64,000 nt of DNA from Chloroflexota bacterium (GTDB lineage Bacteria > Chloroflexota > Anaerolineae > JAAYZQ01): the NCBI GenBank assembly GCA_018606645.1, contig JAGVRI010000004.1, positions 142,625 to 206,624 on the forward strand. The letters are read 5' to 3'. The translations under genes were made by a program, and so were the position numbers. The stretch's first letter is position 1. The number at the start of each line of letters is the position of its first letter. The notes beneath the pieces were generated by a model. The model did no database searches. It had not been told where the DNA came from and saw nothing but the letters and a program-made list of their open reading frames with translations. Positions 49,965-58,362 of the stretch are shown in pieces.

Positions 49965-51506
49965 ATGAAGAAGCGTATGATGCGCAGGAATCGTTCCTGG
50001 TGGCTGCTGGTCATCCTGGTCAGTAGTCTATGGCTGGTCCCGCAAACGGGGAAAGGCAGGCTGAGCGGGGCAGTCTGGGCTCAGGAAGGGCCGGCGTGGC
50101 AGATCTTTCCCGCGCCGCCTGTCGGTTCACTCTATTCCCTGGATTTAGTCGGGCCACAGCAGGGGTGGGCCGGCGGCGCATTCGGGGCGATGATCGAGTA
50201 CAACGGCTCGCAATGGCGTTCCAACTGGCTGCAGTCTGACGACGCGGTGATGGCCCTCGACGGCTGGGATGGTTCCAATGCCTGGGCGGTAACGTACTAT
50301 GGGAAGATTCTGCGTTACGACGGCTCGTCGTGGCAGGTAGCCGCCGAAACCACCTACTCGCTCAGTGGTCTCTGCCTGGTCGGTCCCAATGAAGGCTGGG
50401 CCGTCGGCGGAGGGATCATTTTGCGTTTCACCGGCGGGAACTGGCAGGAGGTGCCGACGCCTCGCCAGACCTGGTTGAGCGATATTGACATGGTCAGCCC
50501 CACCGATGGCTGGATCGTGGGCGGCGGCGTGATCTTGCACTGGGACGGGTCGAGCTGGCAGGTGGCGCTGGACGCCCCCCATCACGAGTGGGTGCGGGGC
50601 ATTGACATGCTCTCCGCCACCGAAGGATGGGCGGTGGGCACCAACGGGCTGATCCTGCACTATGATGGCTCGTCCTGGACCCAGGTCGAGAGCGGGACCG
50701 CTCTGGAGCTATATGATGTCTCGGCGGTCAGTCCGGAGGCGGTCTGGGCGGTGGGTCAGAACGGGCTGATCTTGCGCTACAACGGCCGCCGCTGGAAAGT
50801 AGAAGACAGCAAGACGTTCAACGACCTAAACGCGGTTCGCATGCTCAGCGAGACCTCGGGCTGGGCCGTGGGCAAGGGGGGCGTGGTGTTGGAATACCGG
50901 ACCGGTGGGCCGTACCCGCCGACCTCCACACCCACCCCGCGCCCGACCTTGACCCCCATCCCCAGCAGCACTCCCACCCGCACTCCCAGCGCCACCCCGA
51001 CCCGCACGCCGACCCCATCCACCCCCCAGACCGCAACGCCCACGGCCACGCTGATGACCCAGGCAGGCGCGACCAGCACCCCCACCCGTCAGCAGCCTTC
51101 CGTCTCAACACCGGCAGCCACGACCCCCGTCCCGGGTGGGACCCCGCCGGCCGGGATGCAACCTTCTCCCACCAGTGGAGCACCGGTCAGCCCGACAGAA
51201 TCAACGACCGAGACCCCGGTCCCTGGATTCGAGATGAGCGCCACGGCACCGGTCACGACCCTGATTACTGTGCCCTCATCCCCGCCGACTGAGACGCGGG
51301 TCGCTGCAGTGGCCGAGACAGCGTTGCCCACGCTGCCGGCTCCGACCCTCGCCGCCCGGGTCTCGGAGGAGCAACCAGCCGGAGGACGAGGCGCGGTCCG
51401 CAATCTGGCGGTCATCCTTATCCTGCTGTTGGCCGGGGGCGGAGCGCTGGTGGCCATGGCCGGAGCCCTTGTGTTCGGTCTGTGGCTGCGTCGAAGGAGG
51501 ATGTGA
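49965..51506 (+). CDS. Surface beta-propeller (Ycf48/BNR-like repeats) with P/T-rich stalk and C-terminal TM anchor
   Basis: GWAVG..G.IL.YDG..W repeats; TPT linker; hydrophobic tail followed by RRRR. Confidence 0.8.
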   Translation: MKKRMMRRNRSWWLLVILVSSLWLVPQTGKGRLSGAVWAQEGPAWQIFPAPPVGSLYSLDLVGPQQGWAGGAFGAMIEYNGSQWRSNWLQSDDAVMALDGWDGSNAWAVTYYGKILRYDGSSWQVAAETTYSLSGLCLVGPNEGWAVGGGIILRFTGGNWQEVPTPRQTWLSDIDMVSPTDGWIVGGGVILHWDGSSWQVALDAPHHEWVRGIDMLSATEGWAVGTNGLILHYDGSSWTQVESGTALELYDVSAVSPEAVWAVGQNGLILRYNGRRWKVEDSKTFNDLNAVRMLSETSGWAVGKGGVVLEYRTGGPYPPTSTPTPRPTLTPIPSSTPTRTPSATPTRTPTPSTPQTATPTATLMTQAGATSTPTRQQPSVSTPAATTPVPGGTPPAGMQPSPTSGAPVSPTESTTETPVPGFEMSATAPVTTLITVPSSPPTETRVAAVAETALPTLPAPTLAARVSEEQPAGGRGAVRNLAVILILLLAGGGALVAMAGALVFGLWLRRRRM

Positions 51507-53566
51507 GGTTCGTGCCCAAACGGTGGGCCAGCCTGACGGTCGGGCTGGCTCTGCTACTGGTGGCCCTCGCCATCCGGGCCCCGGCCCTCGGTTCCTATTC
51601 CTGGCCGGATGAACTGACCTGGTTGGAGCGTTCCGCCGCCTTTATCACTGCCCTGGGACGGGGGGACCTGGCCGGCACCTACCGCAGCGACCATCCCGGC
51701 GTGGTGCCGATGTGGGGTTTTGGCGGGCTGCTCTTCCTCCGGGCGTGGTGGACTGGAGACCACACCGCCCTCGATGCTCTGGCCGCCGAGAGCTACGAAG
51801 GTGACGTACCGGCCCTGCTGGCCACGGCCGCCTGGTTCACAGTGTTGGTCACCTCATTGACCGTCGTCCTCGCCTACCGGCTGCTGATCCCGCTGCTGGG
51901 CCGGGCGGGAGCGGCGCTGGCCGGGCTGCTGATCGCCCTCGATCCCTTTTTCCTGACCCACTCGCGCTTTGTCCACGTGGATGCCCTTCTGACCAGCTTT
52001 ATGCTCCTGGCCGTGCTCAGCCTGTTGGCCTATTTGCGGCGGCCAGAGCGACGGGGGATGCTCTTCCTGTCCGGATTTTGGGCCGGCCTGGCCCTGTTGA
52101 CCAAGACTCCGGCCCTCTTTCTGGTCCCTCTGGCGGCGCTGACCCTCGGCCTGCAGTGGCTCCTCCACCGGTTGGGCCGTTGCCCGTGGGGGCGGTTAGG
52201 GCAGGCACTCGGCGCCTTCTTCCTGTGGCTGGCGACGGCCTGGGGGGCCTTTGTGGCATTGTGGCCGGCGGCCTGGTTCCGACCTCTGTACCTCACCTAC
52301 CGGCTCTACCGCGCCTCCCGCTGGGGGGTGATCGTCTCCCACGGCAGCAACTTTTTCCTGGGACGGGTGGTGGATGATCCCGGCCCTCTGTTCTACTGGG
52401 TGGTGTTGCCGTTCCGTCTCTCCCCCCTGGTCCTGGCAGCCTTGCTTCTCGGCCTGGTCTTCTGGGTCATCGCCTGGAAACGGAGGGAAGAGGTCCGCCT
52501 GCCGACGGTCGCTCTGGCCTTTATCTTCTTCTTTACAATGATGGTCTCGTTTGCAGCCAAAAAAGGTGAGCGGTATCTCCTCCCCGTCTTTCCCTTGGCC
52601 GATATCCTGGCCGCCTGGGCCTTGGTCACCCTCCTGGATCGGTTGAGCCAGCGCTCCCGGTCTCGGGCGCGAACGCAGCGGTTGGGGCTGATAGCCGGGA
52701 CCGGACTGACTTTGTTAGTGGCGCTGTTGTGGCTGCCCTTGAGCCCCTATTATGGCGCCTATTTCAACCCTCTTCTGGGGGGCGGACCGGTTGCAGCACG
52801 GACCTTCGTCTTTGGTCAGGGAGAGGGGCTGGACCTGGCCGCCCGGTACCTCAATGAGAAGGAAAACAGCGCCGATCTCCGGGTGGTTACCTTTTATCCG
52901 CCTCAGTTCCGCTATTATTTTCGCGGAGAGGCCACCTCGCTGCGCCGGGGGGATTGGGACAGGACCTGGTACTTTGCCGATTATGTCGTCTTTTTCATCA
53001 GCCAGGTACAGCGGCAACTGCCCACTCCGGAACTGGTCCAGTTCTTTTCGGCGCAGACGCCGGAATATGTGGTGCGACTGGGAGGGGTGGATTTTGTGCG
53101 GGTCTATCGCTCGCCCGTCCTCCTCTCCGGCCAGCCGCCGGCGGTCGAACGGCGGCTAGAGGACCAGCGGTTGGGAGAGGAGCTGGCCCTGGTTGGGTAT
53201 GCCCTGAGCGCCGACCGGGTTCGGCCCGGCGAAGAATTATATGCCACCCTCGATTGGCAGGCCCGGATCCAGCTCGATCAGGATTACGAATTCGAGGTGC
53301 TGGTGATCGACGCAGAGGGTCAGGTCATCGCCCGGCAACCCGGCCCATCGTTCGACGGCTATTTTCCTACCTCCTGGTGGCAGCCGGGCCGGACCATGAC
53401 CGACCGCTACCGCATCCCACTGTCTGAGGACATCCGGCCCGGGCCGTACTGGCTGGCCGTCCGCGCCCATCGGCCCGGGGCGGCAACCGCCCTGCCCCCC
53501 CACGGCCGGGTCCACAGCCGTCGGTCTGACTGCCTGTTGATCAGTCCTTTGATCCTGGAACCATAA
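51503..53566 (+). CDS. GT39/ArnT-PMT-like membrane glycosyltransferase
   Basis: PDE, DHPG, HVDA, LTK.P and ERYLLP; C-terminal extracellular Ig-like domain. Start uncertain. Confidence 0.82.
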   Translation: MRFVPKRWASLTVGLALLLVALAIRAPALGSYSWPDELTWLERSAAFITALGRGDLAGTYRSDHPGVVPMWGFGGLLFLRAWWTGDHTALDALAAESYEGDVPALLATAAWFTVLVTSLTVVLAYRLLIPLLGRAGAALAGLLIALDPFFLTHSRFVHVDALLTSFMLLAVLSLLAYLRRPERRGMLFLSGFWAGLALLTKTPALFLVPLAALTLGLQWLLHRLGRCPWGRLGQALGAFFLWLATAWGAFVALWPAAWFRPLYLTYRLYRASRWGVIVSHGSNFFLGRVVDDPGPLFYWVVLPFRLSPLVLAALLLGLVFWVIAWKRREEVRLPTVALAFIFFFTMMVSFAAKKGERYLLPVFPLADILAAWALVTLLDRLSQRSRSRARTQRLGLIAGTGLTLLVALLWLPLSPYYGAYFNPLLGGGPVAARTFVFGQGEGLDLAARYLNEKENSADLRVVTFYPPQFRYYFRGEATSLRRGDWDRTWYFADYVVFFISQVQRQLPTPELVQFFSAQTPEYVVRLGGVDFVRVYRSPVLLSGQPPAVERRLEDQRLGEELALVGYALSADRVRPGEELYATLDWQARIQLDQDYEFEVLVIDAEGQVIARQPGPSFDGYFPTSWWQPGRTMTDRYRIPLSEDIRPGPYWLAVRAHRPGAATALPPHGRVHSRRSDCLLISPLILEP

Positions 53567-53599
53567 GACCCTTCGGGTCTTGCGGACCCGAAGGGTCTG
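53566..53599. repeat. Hairpin (REP-like or bidirectional terminator)
   Basis: agacccttcgggtc-ttgcg-gacccgaagggtct between convergent genes. Confidence 0.65.
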
Positions 53600-53623
53600 A
53601 GAGAAAATCGAAGGGCCTACCCT

Positions 53624-55606
53624 TCACGGCATCCAGTCGTGTTCCAGCTCGTCCCCGGCGGTATTCGTGAGCCGGAATTGATTGGTCCCATCGGCGTTCA
53701 TCACATACAGTTCCTTGTTCCCATCCCGCAAGGAAATGAACGAGATCATCGAGCCATCAAGCGACCAGCGGGGCACGAAATCGGCCTTGGCCGCTTTGGT
53801 CAGGTTGACCACGTTGCTGCCATCGGGGTTCATGACCGCGATCTCATAGCTCCCGTCGAGATAGGTGGAGAAGGCGATCTTGGTCCCGTCAGGAGACCAG
53901 CGCGGCGAGTAGCTGGCAGTCTCTTTCGACGTCAACTGGGTGATCGCCTTGGTATTGACGTTGACCACATAGATATTGCCCTTGTTGCCGTCCTTATTGT
54001 AGAACTTGACGAAAGCCAGCCGCGTACTATCCGGCGACCAGTCGAGGGCCGCATCTTCGCGGTACAGGTCAGTGGGGTCGGAGGTCAGACGGGTCTCGTT
54101 GGAGCCATCGGCGTTCATGACATACACCTCGGCGTACTGATTCAGGCCGCAGATGAAGGCGATCTTGGTGCCGTCGGGGGACCAGACCTGGTCGTGGCTT
54201 TGACATTTCTGGTCAGTCAATTTGATGACGTTCGACCCATCGGCGTTCATGACGTACACTTCCCAGCGGTCAGTGCGATAGGAAGCAAAGGCAATGCGCG
54301 TGCCATCCGGCGACCAGACGGGCGACCGATCGTCTTTGGGATGGTTGGTCAGGTTCTTCTTATTGGTGCCGTCGGCATTGGCGACGATGATGTCCCCCTT
54401 GCCGTTGTAATAGTGGACCCAGGCGATGCGCGTGCCGTCCGGCGACCAGACTGGATCGGCGTCTCCCCCGGCCTCGTTGCTCACGTTCAGGCGGTTGGTC
54501 CCATCGGCGTTCACGGCCAAGATCTCATAATTATCCCCTGGTTTGCTATCGTAGGCCAGACGATAGACCTTCTGCGGCGGACCGGTACGGAATACCAGCG
54601 GCAGATAGACTCTGGGCTTCAGCACCTTGACCGAAGCCGACCAGGGGCCGACATAGCCGCTGCTGAGCCGGCCCTCGACCGAATTCTGGTATGTCGCATT
54701 GATGGTGCCGTTGACCGTGACCGAGTAGGCAAAGCGGAGTTGTCCGCCGGACGGGATAGCAATCGGTCCGGTCCACACCAGCTTGCGGCCCTGGATACTG
54801 GGGTAGGGCAGAGGACCGGAGACCATCTGCCGGAAGGTAAACGCCGCCGGCAACGTGTCAGTAATGGCCGACAGCACCGCCGGTAGCGTCCCCTTGTTCT
54901 CCAAGGTGACGGTGTAGATCACCGGATTGCCCTTGGCGACCTGGCCGGCGCTGGCACTCTTGGAGCCGGTCAGGTTCACCCCGACCACCGTCACCGGCGC
55001 TGAATCGGCAATGACATCATCGGTCGCCAGCAGGGCCTGGAGTTGGTTCAGGTACGGGGTGGCACTGGCCGGAGCGTTGGCCCGCACGTTGTAGATCAGC
55101 CGCAGGTTGCCCCCGGCCGGCACCGAGTAGGGGCCCTGGTTCCAGACAATCGTCCCGCTGGTGCCCTGCGGGTTATGGGTGATGTCGCTGCCGACTCCCA
55201 GGCTCAGGTAAAGAAAACCGCTGGGCAGGGTGTCGGTGATGCGCTCGATCTCGACCGCTGCGCCGCTGCTGTTGCTGAACAGGACGGTGTAGCGGACGGT
55301 GTCATTGGGGTACACCGTATCCGGCGAGGCTGTCTTGTCCACACTGACCGGCGGTACCGAGGGGGTTGAAACGGTGATGACCTCGGTCAGGGTGATGATC
55401 GAGGTCAGAGGTTGGGTCAGCGAGAGGGTGGAGGTGAGAGTCGGAGAGATCGGGCCAATGGACACGGCCGGCGGCGGAGCCGGCAATGGCGACTGAGCCG
55501 AGACCAGAAGGTTCAGGCTCAAAGCCCCTAACGTCACGAGTATCCCTGCCAGGAAAAGAGCCAGGACGCGCTTCCTGGCCAGAGAAGAGACAGTTCTCTT
55601 GTTCAT
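53624..55606 (-). CDS. Secreted protein with two DUF11-type Ig repeats and a PD40/TolB propeller
   Basis: K.AS...V..G..V.YT...N...ITDTLP.F repeats; VYLPLVFR motif; WSPDG repeats. Confidence 0.85.
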   Translation of the reverse strand: MNKRTVSSLARKRVLALFLAGILVTLGALSLNLLVSAQSPLPAPPPAVSIGPISPTLTSTLSLTQPLTSIITLTEVITVSTPSVPPVSVDKTASPDTVYPNDTVRYTVLFSNSSGAAVEIERITDTLPSGFLYLSLGVGSDITHNPQGTSGTIVWNQGPYSVPAGGNLRLIYNVRANAPASATPYLNQLQALLATDDVIADSAPVTVVGVNLTGSKSASAGQVAKGNPVIYTVTLENKGTLPAVLSAITDTLPAAFTFRQMVSGPLPYPSIQGRKLVWTGPIAIPSGGQLRFAYSVTVNGTINATYQNSVEGRLSSGYVGPWSASVKVLKPRVYLPLVFRTGPPQKVYRLAYDSKPGDNYEILAVNADGTNRLNVSNEAGGDADPVWSPDGTRIAWVHYYNGKGDIIVANADGTNKKNLTNHPKDDRSPVWSPDGTRIAFASYRTDRWEVYVMNADGSNVIKLTDQKCQSHDQVWSPDGTKIAFICGLNQYAEVYVMNADGSNETRLTSDPTDLYREDAALDWSPDSTRLAFVKFYNKDGNKGNIYVVNVNTKAITQLTSKETASYSPRWSPDGTKIAFSTYLDGSYEIAVMNPDGSNVVNLTKAAKADFVPRWSLDGSMISFISLRDGNKELYVMNADGTNQFRLTNTAGDELEHDWMP

Positions 55607-55676
55607 TTCTCACTCCTGTTCATGATCGGTTTGCCTCGCAGTTTTGCCTAGTTTATAATAGCACAAAGGAGAAGAA

Positions 55677-58361
55677 TTGCCAAGGGAATTTTCTGAGAAG
55701 ACCGAATCCAGGCCGGAGACCAGAAAGCGGGTTCCATGGCCGGGGAACTGGCTATGTTACCGGCATGGGGGCTTTCGGCTGGATCGTCAGCGGCTTGTCC
55801 CACCGGTTTTGTTGTGCCTGCTCATCGCCTTTCACCTGGTCATCAACCGGTGGTGGCGGGTCGCAAACACGGTGGTCTTTGGCTTTGACCGGATCTTTCA
55901 CAAGGTCACCAGCCTCGCCTACTATGATCTCCTCCGTGAGGGGGTGAACCTGCACTCCCTCTTTGCCGCCCTGACCTGGAGCGACTATTATCCGCCGCTG
56001 GTCCATTTGACCGCCGCCGGGTTCTACAAACTGTTCGGCGTGTCGATGGATGTGGCAGCCATGTCCACCAGCCTCTATCTGGTTATCCTCCTCGTCGCAG
56101 TGTATGGACTGGGAGAACAGAAGGGCGGACCGTGGGTCGGCCTGGCCTCGGCCTTTTTCATCTCCATCTTTCCCATCGTCTTTTCGATGAGCCGCTATCT
56201 CTACGTGGACCTGGCCCTGACGGCGATGGTCGCGTTGAATCTGTGCCTGCTGCTGCGCACCGACCGCTTTCAGCGCCGGGGGGTTTCGTGGCTCTACGGC
56301 GTGAGCCTGGGCTTGGGCCTGCTCACCAAGTGGACCTTTGCCGCCTTTGCGGCAGCTCCGTTGGCCGCCATCCTGACCTCCCCCGGTCTGGTCCAGGATG
56401 CGCTACGTGCGCTCCGCCCGGCAGCCGGGGATTGGCGGCGACTGCTGCTGGCCGGCCTCTTTGCCCTGGGCCTGACGGCGATCTGGTTCTTGCCAAATAT
56501 TGAAGCGACGGCGGCACTGCCTCTGGGATATGCCCTGGTGCCCCTGTCCTGGCTGATCTGGACCTTCACCGCCTATTTGATGACCCGGCCGGGCCGCGGC
56601 GCCCATCTATGGGCTGCCCTCGGATTGGGGCTGGGGGTTGCCTCGGCCTGGTATCTGACCAAGATCAACTTTGTCGAGGCATTCTGGCTGACTGCTTACG
56701 GCAAGTCCACGGGACGGTCCTGGGGTTTTGGGCAGTATCTGCGCTTTCTCTACCAGGAACAGCTCTCGCCGATCTTGGCCGTGCTGTTGTTGATCGCGCT
56801 GCTGGGGCTGGGCTGGCGTCGCTGGCAACGCACCCGGTCGTGGCGGCTCATGGGGGCCCTCGGAGCGGAGGGCTGGGCGCTGGTGTTGTGGGTGCTGGTG
56901 CCCTACGTCATCTTCTCCAGCCAGGTCAGCACCATCCATTCCCGCTACTTGATGCCCGTGCTGCCGCCGCTGGCTCTGGCGATAGCCCTCTGGCTGAAGG
57001 ATATCCGCCCCCGCTGGCTGCGAGGACTGGTCACCGGTCTGGCCGTGGTCGCCGGCCTGGCCCAGTTCGCCATCCTGTCGTTTGATGCACTGGCTCCTCT
57101 GTACGCGCGGCTGCCCTTCCTGGCTCAAGGCCTGTCGATCCAATGGCCGGCCACCGGTCGGACCGATCCGGGGTACTGGGTGGCGCCCGACATCCTTCAA
57201 TATGTCGAGGACCACCGGGACTCGGAGACTGCACGGCTGGGGGTGCTGGTCAATAGCCCCCAGGTGAATAGCAAGCAGTTGATCTACCTGGCGTATGCGG
57301 AGTATCCGCATATCCAGATCCAGGAGTTGGCCACGATCGGCCGGTCCCAACCGGCATATCCTCGATTGTTCAAGTCCGATTTCGTCCTGTTGATCGATCC
57401 GGCCCCCGACTATGCCCGCCGCCCCGACACCACGGCCACCATCGAGCGCATTCTCCACACCCCCGACGATACGTTCCACCGCGCCTTTGAGCTGGGGGCG
57501 ACCTATCCGCTGCCCGATGGCACCCGGTTGCTCCTCTACCGACGGCGTTTTGGGCCCGCAGCCGAAGCAGACGAGACCTGGCACCAGGCGCTCATGGCCG
57601 ACCTGGCCCGGCAGGCCAGGCCGGGAGACGTCCTGGTGGTGGCCCCTCCGGAACTGATCTATGGCCTGGGGCGTTTTGGCGACGGGTCCTGGCCGATCTA
57701 TCCCTTGACCGGGACCCAGACCGCCGAACTGGAGCGCCTGGGACAGGAATATTCCAGGCTGTGGCTGGCGCTGGGCGACCTCCATGGTGTGGACCCGGAA
57801 GGCAAGGTCATTCGCTGGCTGGCCGATCATTTCTACCGGGCCCAGGACGCCTGGTACGGGCCGCTGCAACTGGTGCTCTATGCCCCGCCGGCCGGGGACG
57901 AAGCGAAATCCCACCCGGTGCAGATCCGATGGGATAACGGGATGGTCCTGCGCCAGGTGCGTTTTCCAGACCGAACCGTGCCTCCGGGCGGGATCGTCCG
58001 CCTGGACCTGGTATGGCAGGCCGATAGCCCGATCCCGGAGCGGTATAAAGTCTTTATCCACCTGCTGGACGAAAATGGACGGTTGGTCAGCCAGTGTGAC
58101 AGCGAACCGGTGGATGGCATCCGGCCCACCGATAGCTGGCAACCGGGGGAATGGATCTCCGACAAGTACGGCTTGCTGCTCCCCAGCCTCTCGCTTCCTT
58201 CAGAAACAGGGCTTGCGCCGGGAGAGTACCAGATTACGGTGGGCGTTTACCACTCCAATACGGGGGAACGGGTCCCGATCTGTTGCCCGCAACGGGATAC
58301 GATCGTCCTGGCGAAGGTCTATCTGGAAGGGGATGAGGCGCACATTTTGCCCCTGGAATGA
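55677..58361 (+). CDS. GT39/ArnT-PMT-like membrane glycosyltransferase
   Basis: YYPPL, YVD, LLTKW and RYLMP; C-terminal YKVFIHLLD...W.PGE domain. True start probably ~100 nt downstream. Confidence 0.8.
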   Translation: MPREFSEKTESRPETRKRVPWPGNWLCYRHGGFRLDRQRLVPPVLLCLLIAFHLVINRWWRVANTVVFGFDRIFHKVTSLAYYDLLREGVNLHSLFAALTWSDYYPPLVHLTAAGFYKLFGVSMDVAAMSTSLYLVILLVAVYGLGEQKGGPWVGLASAFFISIFPIVFSMSRYLYVDLALTAMVALNLCLLLRTDRFQRRGVSWLYGVSLGLGLLTKWTFAAFAAAPLAAILTSPGLVQDALRALRPAAGDWRRLLLAGLFALGLTAIWFLPNIEATAALPLGYALVPLSWLIWTFTAYLMTRPGRGAHLWAALGLGLGVASAWYLTKINFVEAFWLTAYGKSTGRSWGFGQYLRFLYQEQLSPILAVLLLIALLGLGWRRWQRTRSWRLMGALGAEGWALVLWVLVPYVIFSSQVSTIHSRYLMPVLPPLALAIALWLKDIRPRWLRGLVTGLAVVAGLAQFAILSFDALAPLYARLPFLAQGLSIQWPATGRTDPGYWVAPDILQYVEDHRDSETARLGVLVNSPQVNSKQLIYLAYAEYPHIQIQELATIGRSQPAYPRLFKSDFVLLIDPAPDYARRPDTTATIERILHTPDDTFHRAFELGATYPLPDGTRLLLYRRRFGPAAEADETWHQALMADLARQARPGDVLVVAPPELIYGLGRFGDGSWPIYPLTGTQTAELERLGQEYSRLWLALGDLHGVDPEGKVIRWLADHFYRAQDAWYGPLQLVLYAPPAGDEAKSHPVQIRWDNGMVLRQVRFPDRTVPPGGIVRLDLVWQADSPIPERYKVFIHLLDENGRLVSQCDSEPVDGIRPTDSWQPGEWISDKYGLLLPSLSLPSETGLAPGEYQITVGVYHSNTGERVPICCPQRDTIVLAKVYLEGDEAHILPLE

Positions 58362-58362
58362 G

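Noticed and set aside
50910-51350. Tandem nucleotide repeats
   Set aside because: Low-complexity Thr/Pro linker coding, not a discrete repeat element.
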